Assembly: GCA_965178125.1 (NCBI GenBank)
Contig: OZ237747.1
Coordinates: 248,001 to 312,000 of the forward strand
Reading direction: 5' to 3'
DNA from: Bilabrum cf. latius
Taxonomy: Eukaryota
DNA: 64,000 bases
The notes under the pieces are model-generated. The model was not told where the DNA came from. It worked only from the letters and a program-made list of their open reading frames with translations, and made no database searches. Below are positions 35,183-47,869 of this stretch, piece by piece. Numbering within the stretch: the first letter of the stretch is position 1; each line of letters opens with the position of its first letter. The position numbers were made by a program, and so were the translations under genes.

Positions 35183-38100
35183 TCACACCATCCCCTCCAG
35201 ACCCCCCGGCACCTCGAGAAGCAAATGAGCCGACTCGGCCACGGCAGTGGCCAGCCGCTTCACCTCCCTCTTCTCCGTCGCCTTCCCTCGGGGACCACAC
35301 TCCCACGTGAAGCACTCCCGCACCCCCGCGCTCGGCACACCCAGCGCCCACCCCTTGCCCTGACGGTCCCCCACGCTTACCCCCTCCCCGCCCCCGAACA
35401 TCATCGCCGCCCACTCCCCGCTCCCGGACCCAGCCCCTTCGTCCGCCGAGCCCAGGCCAGACCCACCCCCAGAGCCCGGGCTCAACACCCCCTGCCTCCT
35501 CCTGCTCCTGCTGCTCCTCCTGGACCCTGAGCCGATTCCAACGGAGCCCACAGCCACTGGGCTCGGGCTACCCGAGGAGGAGGACGAAGCAGCGCTCGCG
35601 GTGCCGATGCCGTCGGGGCCTGCCACAGCCGATCCCACCCGCATGGCGAGGCGCAGCAGCACGCACACCCTGTCGCTGCAGCGCACCGCATTCAACCTCG
35701 CGCCCAACGACCCACCACCTGCACTTGCACCTGCACCTCCAGTGGCACAGCGCAGCGCCAAGACAGCCCCTCTGGAGCCCTGGTCCCCAGCCAAAGCGAG
35801 CATGCGCTCGAGCACCTGCTTCCTGCTCGCCTCCGCGCTTGTTCCCTCGCCGCCCCGGGGCACTCCCATCACGGCCTCTCCGCGCACCAGGGGCATGGCC
35901 CACGCCGCACTGCGATGCATCACGTCGTGCATCATCCAGACCAGCTGAGGCACCACGGCCCGTCTCACCCAGCCGGCGGCGGGCACGCGGCAGCACAGGG
36001 GGGTCGGGTCCCCCCCATGCCCGGACCCGGGCGCGAGTCCCCGGCCGCCCAGCCGCCCCGCGTCCAGCCCCAGGCCGGCCTCGTCCCATGGCCCGCAGTT
36101 GGCTCCGCGGGGCCGGGTCCAGTCGTTCTCCAGGCTCGCCATGGCCTGGCTCACCTCGCGGGCCGCGCCAGAGGACGGGTGCGCGGGCGCGGCGGAGGCG
36201 CCGCCGTGTTCCCCGAGCGAGTCCTAGTCAGAGTCCTAGTCCCAGTGCGTGCACGGACCAGGACTTGCGGGGGGCCAAGCCACGAAGACCGGAACCTACT
36301 TGATGCGCGCCCCGCCTCGCCCTGCCCCTGCCCCTGCCCCTGTCGATGCCGATGCCTCTAACCGCTCGTCCTCATCGCCCTCCTCCTGGTCTCGTGAGAT
36401 GGGCCGCGAGGGAACCTGCGCGTGCGAACGGATGGACGGCACGCACAGGTCGGCACGTCCGGGCACCAATCCTCCCAAGCCAGCGTCCTCGGGGCCCAGC
36501 ACTCCGGCAGCAGCGGCCCCCGCTGCCCATCGAGTGCGAATGGCCTTCGCTCGCCTACCGTTGCTGCTGCTGCTGGTCCTACCGGATGCATCTGCAGCAC
36601 CCGAAGCCCCGCCGAGCCTTGCCCCCCAGCCGATCGCCCCTGTCTCTTCGGGCGCAGACCGGCATCCAGCCGCCACCTCTGCTGCCGCCTCCATGGGTGC
36701 CTGCAGCCACCCGCGGGCCCCGGCCCCTGCGCCCGCCACTGCTTCCGCCAGCATGGCCCACGCCCGCAGCGCCAGCAGCTCTGCCCGCCTGTACCTCCCG
36801 CTCGCCCCCTCCCTCCACCGACCCAGCGCGGCCTGCCAGTGCCCCCCCGCCAGTCCCACCAAAGTGGGGGCCCCCTCCAGGGGCTCCTGCACGGAGGCTT
36901 GCCAACGGCGGTACGCCCGCAGCGCGCGAGTCAACCGCCGCCAGCACAGGTGCTCAGACACCGCCAGGCCAAGGCTCGGATGCGCGGCGCCACTTCCGCA
37001 CGCGGCCTCCCTGATCGCGTCAGCGGTCTCGTCGTACTTGAGGAGCGATCGCACCGGCGCGAATGGGCCATAGGAAGGCTCCCCCTCGTCGTCGGCACCC
37101 TGTTCCCTCAGATCCGCAAGCGAAAGCTCCGCGGCCCGAGCCAAGTCACGCGCCTGCTAGGTGGACCCAACGCCCACCCCGTGGCCATGTGCACACCCTT
37201 GCCCTCCCATGCCGTCCTCGCCATCCGCATCGCGATGCGCGCTCGCCCTGTCCTCTCCCTCTCCCTCTCCCTCCCCCTCTCCCTCTCCCTCTCCCTCTCC
37301 CTCTCCCTCTCCCTCTCCCTCTCCCTCTCCCTCTCCCTCTCCCTCTCCCTCTCCCTCGCTCTCGTCCCGCACAGACTCGCCCCCCGCGATGCACCCCACC
37401 GCGTGCAGCAGAGAGTCCAGCTCCTGCTCCGCTCTGTCTCCGACCGTGCGCCCGAAGCTAGAAGCACCCCACAGCCGCTCTCCAGCAGACGCTCCCAGCA
37501 GCAGAGGACCCCCCGCGGGCGTGACACTGCCGCTCGGCACAGGGGTCCCCGTCGCGTCGCGGGGCCCCTCGCTTGGTCTCGCAAGCCCCATGGCCTTGAG
37601 GTGGTGCTCCACCACGAGCAGCCTGCACTGCGCGTTGGCAGCAGCCAGAGCGGCACGCGCGTCAGGCACGAAGGCAGACACACCTCGCGCGCTAGGCACG
37701 CAGGGAAGCGCCGCCGCGGCCACGGCGTGCACTCGGCGAGCGAGCCCGGGTGCCAGTCCCCATCGCCTGCAGAATGCAGCGCCGGCACTGCCCCCGAGCC
37801 CCACGCCCAGTGCGGCCGGTGCCATGGGCGGGGGCGGTGGCAGGCACCCCGCGCACCGCAGGTCCGTCCCGATCCCCCCCTTGCTGGATGATCCCCCCAC
37901 GTCCACAAGCGCGGAAGCAGCCTCCCGCAACGCCTGCCTCGCGCTTGGATCCTCCACGGACCGCTCCCATCCCGGCAGCAGCCCGGCCACTGCAGCCCTC
38001 AGACCGGCCGGGGCCAGGGCAGGGAGGCTCCTCCTTGCGTGCAGAAAGGTGGACGCAAGGGCGCCCCCGTTGCAGCTCGCCCGCTGCAGCGCCGCCGTCA

Positions 38101-41100
38101 GCACGCCCAGCGCGTGGGGCCGCAGGAGCCCCGCCCGCACGTCCGAGGCAGCCCTGCTGTCCGCGCCTTTGGCCAGGTGCGCGATGCACGCGGCAGCATC
38201 CACAGCCCGCTGGCACTGACCCCCAGCAAGCAGGTGGCCCGCGTACAGCTCTAGGATGCGCACGGCGGACCCCATCGCGTGCATGTACTGCGAGCGACAG
38301 TCCCTGGCCTGCGCCTCCGCCTGCTCCCCACTTGTTCCCTGGGTCGCGTGCAGCACCGACCGCGCCAGGTCAGGGGCCACCGCCCGCACCGCGTCGTCGG
38401 ACAACATGGCACCGCCCGCCGTCTCCGCGCCGGCACCCATCAAGCGCAGCGCCTGCGCCACGGTGCCGCCGCCGATGAGCCAGCCGGCCACGGCCCCTGC
38501 GATGGACCGCAGCACCGGCGCGTTGGCGGCGGCGAGCCTGGCCCGCGCCATGGAATCGCCGTAGGGAGCGCCCAAACGGCGGGAAGTGTGCGCCAACGAG
38601 GCTGCCGCGGCCTCCAGCTGCGGATAGGTCTCGCTCGACAGTGGGCCGCTGCTGCCTCCCTGCGCGCTACCCCTGACAGACGAAACGACCCCCATGCCCC
38701 CGCTAGTGCTGCTGCTGTCCCCCACGGCACCGCGCGCGGGAGAGGAAGCCCCGGAACTCGTCGGGGTGCCCTCTGGTAGCGCCAGCCGTTGGCCCGCCTC
38801 CCTCGCCCCCTGGATCAGCACCGCGCCGTCCCCCGCCTCGCTCCGCCCCGCGGCTGCATCTGCCAGGGCCAGCAAAATGTCAAGGGCGCGGGCAGCCGCC
38901 GCCCCGCGCCGCAGCACGAGGCTCTGCCTGGTGCCCCATGCGTCACTCGGTGGGTGCGCAAGCGTCTCGGCGAGATCAAACAGAACCATGGAAGCCTCCG
39001 TGTAGAGAGCGACGGGGGCCTCGGCCATCGAGCTGTTCCCCTGGCCCGCCGCCGGCCACCTCGGCAGCCCGCTCGAGGGGCTCCTCTCCAGGGCGAGGCC
39101 CAGCCCCTCCGCACCTGCGAGGAGGAAGGACGAGACGCCCCCCTCCGGGGCAAAGAGAGAGGCCACTCTCGCTGGGTCCGCAGGGCTCCCCTGCTCCAGC
39201 CTCTCGATCGCCTCGAGGTGCTGCTCCTGGCCCTCTCTGCGGCATGCGTCCGCGGGGTGCTGGTGCTGCTGCTGCTGTTGTTCCCCGGGCGCGGCCTCCT
39301 TGCTCTCCTCCTCGCCCCCGCCGAGCCCACGGGAGGAGCCCCCGGCGGTGTGAGACACGAGTGCCCAGGCAGGTCGGTCCTCCTCATCCTCATCCTCTTC
39401 GTTCTCATAGCTTGTACCACCATTCTACACGCCACCGATCGCACCATTCGCCCCGGGCGGCTGGACCCCCCACCCGGCGGCATCCACCAGCGCGCCGCCT
39501 CGGACCGACCCAGGTGCCCCGCCTGCCCCCGGCCGGAGAGCCACGTGCGGCCTCTCGTGCGTGTTCCTCAGGACCCACGCCAGAGCGGCGTGCAGCCAGC
39601 ACCGACTCAGCACCCACGCAGCATCCTCCTCCCCACCTTGCACCAGGCAGGCAGTTGTGCCGTTCCCCAGGTCGGCGCTCGGAGCCCTCACCGCGAGCCC
39701 GAGCGCCAGCACGGGCTGCGAGGCAAGCAGTGCCACCGTGGCCGCCGCAGACGGTGCGTGCCGCCACCCGATGCCGGCCTCAGCGGCTCCCGACTCCACG
39801 GTCCCGGCCACCACCGCAAGCGAGGCCTGCAGCCGTGCCCGCAGCGCCGCGCCGGAGCGCACCGCCCCATCCCGCCACCCGCCGGCAGGACCACCCAGGG
39901 AGTCCTGCCACGGCGACAGCGCCGCCTCGGCCGCGGCCAGCATCCAGCCTTCCTGGTCACCCCCACGCCCCCCACGGGCCTCCTCCTAGCTGCCGCCTTT
40001 GCCCACCATGCCCCGCCGGAGGAGCCACCAGACCCGCCTGCCCTCCTGCTCCACGCTGGAGCTGCCTGGGGCACACGCGGCCTCGCTCTCGCACCCCAGC
40101 TCCCACCGGAGCCTGGCTCCCGCCTCCAGCCACCGCACCAATACCCCCACCAGCGGGAGGGGTATGCCCCCAAGCGTCACCCCGCACCCCGCCCGCAGCG
40201 CCGCCCGGACCGCCCTGGCCTCGGCACCCAGCGGAAGTCCCACCGCAGCGATGTCACCAGGGTCCTCCTCGGGCCCCGCCCCCGCCACCGCGGCGCCCAC
40301 ATACCTGTCAAGCTCGGCGGCCAGGCGCACCACCGACGCGGCCCTCGCTGCAGAGGCCACGAACGGGTCGTGCGCCTGGCTGCCAGGTGCCACCGCCCGG
40401 GCCTCGCCCGTGGTGCCCCCTTCCAGCCGCAGGGCCGCGCTGTCTTCCGCCGCCACGCAGCCCAGGCCCTACCTGGCAGCGTCCTGTTCCTCGCCCAGCC
40501 CCTCCCCGAGCCGAGCCAGCCGACGGGCCGCGGCGGCGCGCCGGCGGGGCGCGCCCGCCATGGCTTCCGCCACCTCGTCCAGCGCCACCCGGCGGACCGA
40601 CGCACCCTAGGTGCGCAGGATGCGCCGCAGTGCGATGCACAAAGCCTCGTCGTCCGCTTCGACGGCTCCCCTGCTGCTGAGCGCGGGGCCCCTCGCACCG
40701 TCCGCCACGCAGGTGCCACTGGCGTGGTACCCCGCAGATGGCTCGCCCGGCATCGAGTCTCCCAGCCCCACCGCACCCGCGGCGCTGTCTGCGGCCCGCC
40801 GTGAAGATCCGCACCGGGGCCCAAGCCCGGCGGTCCCCGCGACCTCGATGCCCATAGAGGCAGCGGGGCCGTCCCCGCCAGCGATGGAGTCGGCGGGACC
40901 GTGCGTGGGCAGCGAGGGTCCGTGGGAGCCCAGCGTGCGAGGAGCCAGGGCCAGAGCCACGTGAGTCGGGGTGGCAAGGCACTGCGGGGCGGGGCGGCGC
41001 AGTGATCTGGAGGCGGAACTCGAAGCGGCCACAGCGCCAGCGCCAGCGCCTGCACCTGATTCGGCGTCGCTGGAGCCGTCTGCATCCACAGGCACCATCA

Positions 41101-41815
41101 ATAGGCTGTCATCCGATTCAGGGTCTGCCACGGCGTCCTGCGTGACTGCGTCCAGTCCATCACCACTTGAAGCAGCGGCCTGCCCGCCCATGCCCGGCTG
41201 ATGCAGCCCGGTGGTGCCCCTGCGACGGAGCACGATCGACGTGCCGTCCATGAGACCGGCCTCCAGCGCCGTCAGGTCGTCCTCTGTGTGTAGATCCTGA
41301 CCCATGGAACCCATTCGCGGGATGAATCCTGTACTTCCTGTGATTTGCGGCTGGGAAGAGTCTCCGCTCGCCTATGCTCTAGTCGCAATACGCAGCGTGC
41401 CTGGATCAAGCTTGCGTCGAATCGTCCGCATCGCCACCTCCGCCGCCCTCCGAACTAGTTCAGACAACGTATCGTAGGGAGCTACCTCGATTCGTTCTGA
41501 CAGCTGCGTGCCGTCGGGGAGCGAAATCAGCATTTGCTTCACTGGATTGAGGCTATTGGAAGCCCCCAGGCTGCCGTGCATCGATCCGTACATCTCGCTC
41601 TCATATCCACTAGCATGTGAGCCAAAAAGCTCGTTCACTGCCTGCAACAATCCAATTTTGGCCAAAATACGGGGCATGGGGGTGTTTTCGTTCGAATGAG
41701 GGTGAGTTTATCCAGACTACTGGTTCAACCGCTGGCAAGCACTCACCTTCGAGGCTGACTCATCAAAATCCTGACGAAGGGATACTACTGATGCGAACAA
41801 ATCATGATCCCCCAT
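35183..41815 (-). CDS. NUP107: Nup107/Nup84-like nucleoporin (~2170 aa, heavily expanded); probable intron 41642-41746; 8 in-frame TAG
   Basis: One frame from 41641 to TGA at 35183 is broken only by TAG. Nup107-like motifs appear in the expected order: VLVRWLE, VWWLLRRG, ILELYAGHL, SEHLCWRRL, VRRAVVPQLVWMMHDVMH, REVKRLATAVAESAHLLL. Family call is from recalled motifs only. Confidence 0.6.
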
Positions 41816-42001
41816 GCCAAAACGTCTTGCAAGTGCCGCCCAATTGGTATTCACGTCCCCTGGGCGGAACCAACTGCGACGAGCGGCGCCGCGCACGACA
41901 GACGAAAAATGAATGAATGCAATCGTGTGCTGGAACGCAACGGTGCATTGATTTGTCCGCCCAAACGATGGATCCAAGAGATTCACAAGCCCCCATTCAA
42001 T

Positions 42002-42967
42002 TCACGTACCGCCTGCCCCTCCCTTGGCTGCCCCTCCCGTGGCTGCCCCCGACGCCCCACCCTTCGACCCTTTCCCCTTCCCCTTTCCCTTGCCGCTGGA
42101 CCCCTTCTTCCCTTTTTCCCTGCCTGCTGGGAAGGCGTCGAACCCGATCCTCTTGCATACCTGCAGGTACCTCGTGTCCGTCAGCCGGTAGGCCCAGTGC
42201 AGCAGCAGCTGCCGCACCACGGGGGAGGTCGACTTGTCGTCCACCTCGCCTCCCCCCGAGGCGATCTTCTTCACCAGGTGCGTGATCCAGCGTCCCTTCG
42301 GACCCGCCACCCCGAACCACCTCGAGATCTGCCGGTCGTCATCGCTCGTCCGACGGCCCAGGAAATAGGCGCAGTACCACGCGAACCAACCCCTCGGGTC
42401 CGTGGGGCGGATCCAGCCGGAGGATTCCCATGCCTCAAGGCTTTGTCCCGTCTTGGCCTTGTAGTGATTGGCTTCCACCCGGTACTTGGAGCTGGTCAGG
42501 GTCTTCGCGACGGGCATTCCCTTGTACCAGCGCTCCGGCAGGAGGTCCTTGTAGTCTCCTTTGAGGTCTTCATGGATCACCCCGGAATGAATCGGGCGGA
42601 AATATCCGCCGCCGAACGCCCCTTTCCTAAGAATTTCCATGGGTGTCAGGTTTGGACGGAACTTGGAGCAGTCGCCAAAGACTATCGTGCCATCATCGTC
42701 GCTGCGCGTTGGCAAGTCTGCACCTATTAGTTCGCTGCCGCGCTTCTTTGCCTTGTAGTCTGCATTCCAGTCCACTTCCTCCTAGGACCACTCCATTCCG
42801 CCTCTCGATAGCACGATATCCGTTTTGCTGCCTCCGGAGCTGCCCTTCGTGGAACCAGCTTTTGACTGCTTATCGTGCCTAGCCCGCTTCTTTGTAGACG
42901 CCGGATCGCTGCCATGAGATTCTTCATCAGCTGTAGAATCCCGATCTCTCTTTTTTCCTCGCGGCAT
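42002..42967 (-). CDS. Conserved hypothetical protein (FRPNLTP..GAFGG.YFRP / DPRGWF.WYC.Y..GRR..DD.RQI.RW family); 1 in-frame TAG
   Basis: The basic N-terminus MPRGKKRDR joins the conserved core through TAG at 42782-42784. Ends in TGA. Confidence 0.75.
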
Positions 42968-43154
42968 AGCCTCGTATCCCGAAGTACGTCGAGTTGCACT
43001 TGGTGTGACGTGGTCGATATTCCGGGTTCCGTTTCGGCCAAGCCGCCACCCGGTCTCGAACCTTCGATGTCGCGGTCACTGAACGAATCCCCAAAAGCCG
43101 GCCCATTGTAGTGCCTCGCTGCCCGGTAACGCACCCAGATCTGACCCGGTATCA

Positions 43155-44504
43155 TCAGGCGCGCGAGCCTGCGCCACTGCCAGCGACGAGGAGCCTGTCC
43201 CTGCGCTCTGTCTCTCTCACGAGCAGCTGCTCGATCTCCAGCACGTTCACGTCCGGCACGTCTCCCCGCCTGGCGAACGTCACCGTGGCCGTGCACCCGT
43301 GCCCCGGCAGCGAGGACACCACGGTGCTCCCCCCCAGCAGCTTCGAGTACACGCGGCACCGTGGGAGACCCACCCCCATGCCGCTGAACGCGGCTCCGAA
43401 CGACTTGGAGAACTTCCAGTCTTCCCCCTCCTGCTTCTCTCTGCCCTAGGGGGAGGACGAACATCCCCCCGCGCCCGCCCCGCTCAGGAAATACGACATG
43501 GCCCCGTCCACGTCGGAGCATCCCCCCCCAGGGTCCACCACTCGGAACCCCGCGTGGGTCGCGCTCCCGCTCACCTGCACCAGCACGGGGGGGGCCTCGT
43601 CCACGTCCAGGGCGCCGAACCTTCGCACGGAAGCTTCGATCGCGTTCTTCAGGAGCTCCATCATCACGTACTGGACGTACCCCGCGGGCACGAGGGCAGT
43701 GGCGGCCGGGTGGAAGCGGGCCTCCTCAAGGCTTCTGGGGTCGGTCCTGAGCCCGAGTCCGGCAAGGGAGGGGGCACGCACCGCCTCGGGGGTGGGGATC
43801 GCCCGCCCCTCCTGCATCAGGTCCACCTCCACCTCCGGGGATTGCCCGAATTTCTCACGGGCAAAGGCCCTCGCCTCATCTGCGACGAACTCGCCCAGAC
43901 CCGCCACGCCCGTCCACTGCACCACCGAGCTCGGGGCCGACTCCATGTCGGTGCCGCCATCTTCAACGGGCGAGTCGGACGAATCGTCTCGTTCTCGTTG
44001 CTTTTCAGACACGACCAGAAGCTGCCTGGCCAGCAGCTGGCACGAAGTGAGCAGGCCGAGGTGCGTGTCGAGGACATCGCTGAGGCCTCCGCACGACTCT
44101 CCGCCCACTACTCTGCCAGACGCCCTCCTGGCGGCAGCGAAGCGCGGCCGCTATCGCTCCAAATGCCTTCGAAAGTCCTCGTTCAGTGAGGATAGCGAGC
44201 GATCCGCCTGCTCAGCTGCGTGCACCGCATCTTCCCACGATACCCCACCGATCTCGGCGGCTGTGTGAATCCTGTTGCCATGCTCGTAAATTTGGTGGCC
44301 GCACTAATCAATGCCCTCTAAATATGTCTGCGAGCCGACATCATCTAGCCTCAGCGCCTGCAGCTGCTTTGCAATCTCGAGCCTCTCCTGGACTTGCGCA
44401 AGAAGGAAAGTCGTGGCGCCTGTCGCCGTCAGCCGCCCGTACGCACCGCGAGCAAAGTCCCATAAATGTGATAACAAATACGGACGAACACTTCGGAGCG
44501 CCAT
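43155..44504 (-). CDS. Mitochondrial PDK/BCKDK-like (GHKL, HATPase_c) protein kinase; 3 in-frame TAG
   Basis: N box ELLKNA, G1 box DPGGG, G2 box GMGVGLPRCRVY..LLGG and GHGCT. TAG at 43446-43448 sits between G1 and G2. Ends in TGA. Confidence 0.8.
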
Positions 44505-44599
44505 TTAGGTTCTTCTGGCCCCAGTGGTGCCTACTTGCTGCCGCTCCGGATTGCAGGGAAACTCTGCATGATGAATGCGTCTGCAATAACCATGCCGGC

Positions 44600-47500
44600 A
44601 TGATCCGTTCTAGGCCCATGCAGTCTGTATTTCGTAATGTCTAGCGAGAGCTGCAGTGGTGTCAGCTCTCTGAGCCGCTCTTGAGCTACCCAAATAGAAT
44701 GCTGCCGACTGTCCCGTTTCATCAATCTCAAGATCGCGTGGAATTACAAAGAGAGTCCTAGGACCGCATTGCCACAGAAACACGTCTCGGCAACCGATAC
44801 GAATCGCTTTGGTCTCACATCCTTCGACGGCCGTCGAGTGACGACAACAAGGGAGTGCTGCTTCAGCAGCAGCAGGTAGTTGTGACTGAAGACCGCATCA
44901 ATCTCTGCAGCTCAGACATTGTTGCTGTTCTGATTCTGTATCGCAACCTTGGCGAAGCAATGCGGGTGCTAGCTGCGTCGCACCGTCGGCGCATCCGGGA
45001 GCGAGTTGCCTGCAGACTTGCTGATGGGGATGATGCACCGCATGCGAGTTCGCTACAGGCATCAGATGAGGGCACTGCCAGCAAGCCGCGGCTGCGCTGC
45101 AATTTACCGCTACTCTCTTGGTGGCAAGAACAGTGGGAGTCCACCGAACCTCTGGCTGGCCCGGTGCGAGCGGGTCACGGTGCTGCCACTGGGACTGCCG
45201 CTGGGACTGACAGCCCATCGTGCTCCCGCATCGACGCTGACGCGCCAGCGGTGCATTCAGCCGACCTGCAGACCCTACTGCATGCAAGCGCACCGCACGA
45301 GCCACTGGTACAGTCTCTCGTCGCACTGGGTCGCAAGGGCATCACCCGATCCGCCCAGCAGCTCGAGCTCTTGCTCCGGCCGCGCCCCGCCATCCTAGGG
45401 GAGATGGACTGCCTGCGAGCCGTACGAGGTGCCCAGCATGGAGGCGTGTTGCGCGGCGGCGGCCCTGAGATTGAAGGCCATGCAAAATCTGCCGGAACTC
45501 CCCCTGCAGAGAGTGAAGCGAGGCCGGCCATTGCAAAGAGTGAAGCGAGTCCGGCCATTGCAGCGGCTGGAGCGAGCGGTAGGACAGATGGTGCAGCGCC
45601 ACCCGAGCAGCTTCCTATCGAGCACATCGAGGTGTCTGTGAAATTCCTGCTATTTCTGCCCAAGCATTCGACGGGCTAGAGCACAGATGCGGCCGGCTAG
45701 CCGACCTTTGCAGATGAAGCCCGCACAGGAGTCCCAGCGGCGGGTGGCAGCAGCGATCGCAGGGGAGTGCAACCCATGCAGGCGCCCGACAGGAGGCCGA
45801 GTGCTGCCCTCGTGCGCCTCCGCTAGGCCCTTCGATCTGTCGTGGACAGCAGTGGTCCAGCGATCAGCAAGCCATCCCATGACGTACAAATGCTTTGTAC
45901 AGACCAGCTCAACGGAGCCTAGGTTGCAATGAGGACATTACTGGAGGGCGTCTTGAAGTTGAAACATGATTCAGTTCGATCCCCAACCACTGCCGTCCCC
46001 GCGGACCGCGACCTCAGCAGAGTGCAGCCCGCTAGTGCAGTGCCTGGCAGGACGTTCATGGGGTGGGGGCGGGAGGTAGAGGCAGGACTCAGGGCGCTGT
46101 TCCCTGCATGTCGGGCCGAGGGGTTGGAGCCCGATGAGAGTCTTAGCCGGGTGCCATCCAGCAAGTCAGCAAGTGTGGACCCAGAGTCATCGCGCGAGGA
46201 GCCTCATCCTAGCTAGACAGAAGTTGAGTCTCGATCTGCTTCCGCTGATGGGATGGATCCGGTGCCAGAGGTGCTCCGAAGGTGGGTGGGTCCGCACGGG
46301 CACGAGAACCTGCAGCGAAAGCTGAGGAAGGCGCAGGAACAGCTCGCGCTGCCTCGTTTGCCAGCCGCACAGAGGAAAATCAAGGAGCTTTTCGGTCCGC
46401 GTGCGGCAGTGCGTTCCAGTCGATTTATCCTGTAGGGGTGGCTGTTCTACCCTGCCGAGAGTTGTCTGGATGGATTCCAGGAGAATCTAGGGAAGAGCAA
46501 ACCGGCAGGGTCGCGGCCGGCCTCGGGCGGATCGCATGTGGTCTGGCGCGCGATAGAGTCTCCTCCTCGGAAGCGACTCAGCGGTGACTTGGGGTACACT
46601 CCGTTGGATACTCAGTACCGGTGGTATTTAGACCAAGAAGCGTGTGCACGTGTCGAGGCCAGGCTTCAGCAACTATCCAACGAGACAGGTGGTTCGCGAT
46701 CGGACAGAGCCGTGCCTGTGACTGAGTCGGTACCGGAGGGCCGCGTGCCTCACGTCTTCGATTGGACCAGCAGCCTGCTGGCCCCTTCCATCGGAAGCGA
46801 TGGCAGGATCACGGCACCTGCTATGCCTAGAGCTGCACGAGGCCTTTCAGATGCTGCTGTGCGCCGCCAATCGTCGGCTGGGTCTGCATGTGCAACTGCC
46901 CTCCCATCGCTGCCTGCGCCTATTTCACCGACCCACGCGACCGGCTGGCACACGTCGGATCCTCTTGCGCTCGTGCAGTCGAGGCCCCACTCAGGGTGGG
47001 TGGTGCTAGTCAAGCCGCATTGGATGGCTCCAGCCATGGTCCCGGTGCATGCAAGCATTCTCGTGGATGCTGCGCCAGATCCATCAGCACCGGCACGGGG
47101 CAGCGGCGTCGCAGCGCGAGGCTAGCTGCGCGTCGCGACAAGCCCAAAGCCCGAGGCTGGTCTCGCAGCGGAGTGGGCCGGATGGGATGCGGATATCGAT
47201 CTGCTTGACAGGCGCAGCAGGCGTATTTGGTGGGCCAACGAATTCCCAGTTGAGGCAGCTCAGGCGCCTGATACTGTTTGCAGCCCCACGATACATGCCC
47301 CAGGCAGCGACCAGAGTGCAGCTGGGTCACACGCAGGACTGAGTTCGTCTGCTGCCGCGCAGCCCGCACCACCCAGCGGAACTTGGTCTCGTATAGAGGT
47401 GCTTACAGGTGCCGCGCTGCTGCGTTTGCTGCGGCGGCACTACGCTGCAGCTGCAGCGGAGGCGAGATGGCAGTCGCAGCGACTGCTGGTTGCCGAGGTG

Positions 47501-47869
47501 CAGCTCCGGGTGTCCGACGGATCCAGAGACACCGCGGGTACAAAGGAAGAAGTGTGCTTGTCATCGAGAGAGCGGTTTGATGGAGATGGTGGCGGGGGGG
47601 AGTCCAAATCCAGCATGCGTGCAGGTGGTGCCTCAGGTCTGCCGGTGCGACTGGGGATGGATGTACCGGGCATGCCAGGTACTGCCGTCCAGTATCTTAA
47701 GTGTGGCACCGCGGGTGGCGAGAGTGATCTCTCGGACCCAGCTGCCTGTGGGAGCACACGGACTCTGGGCGAAGGGCGCGAGATGTGTTGGCGCGAGGTG
47801 TCCCGCGGGTTCGTTCTTGAGCCGGGCTGGGAGCAGTTCTCCAGAGAGTCCCAGGGGCTCGTGGAGTGA
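44600..47869 (+). CDS. DUF1853-like (predicted nuclease-fold) protein with large insertions, ~1090 aa; about 9 in-frame TAG
   Basis: Motifs in family order: V(Q)RELQW..SEPLL, RLGNRYESLW, LGEMDCL, HIEVSVKFLL, WVGPHGHENLQRKL, (Q)GWLFYP, KPHWMAP, EVSRGFVL..GW. Ends in TGA; alternative start at 44618. Confidence 0.65.

Noticed and set aside
14945-38790. The whole repeated unit as an autonomous transposon
   Set aside because: It has no transposase, RT, integrase or helicase ORF and no terminal repeats. The breakpoints differ between units, which fits tandem segmental duplication.
38789-40804. 671-aa and 580-aa plus-strand ORFs
   Set aside because: They are antisense to the Nup107-like gene, Pro/Arg-rich, and expected by chance at this GC content.
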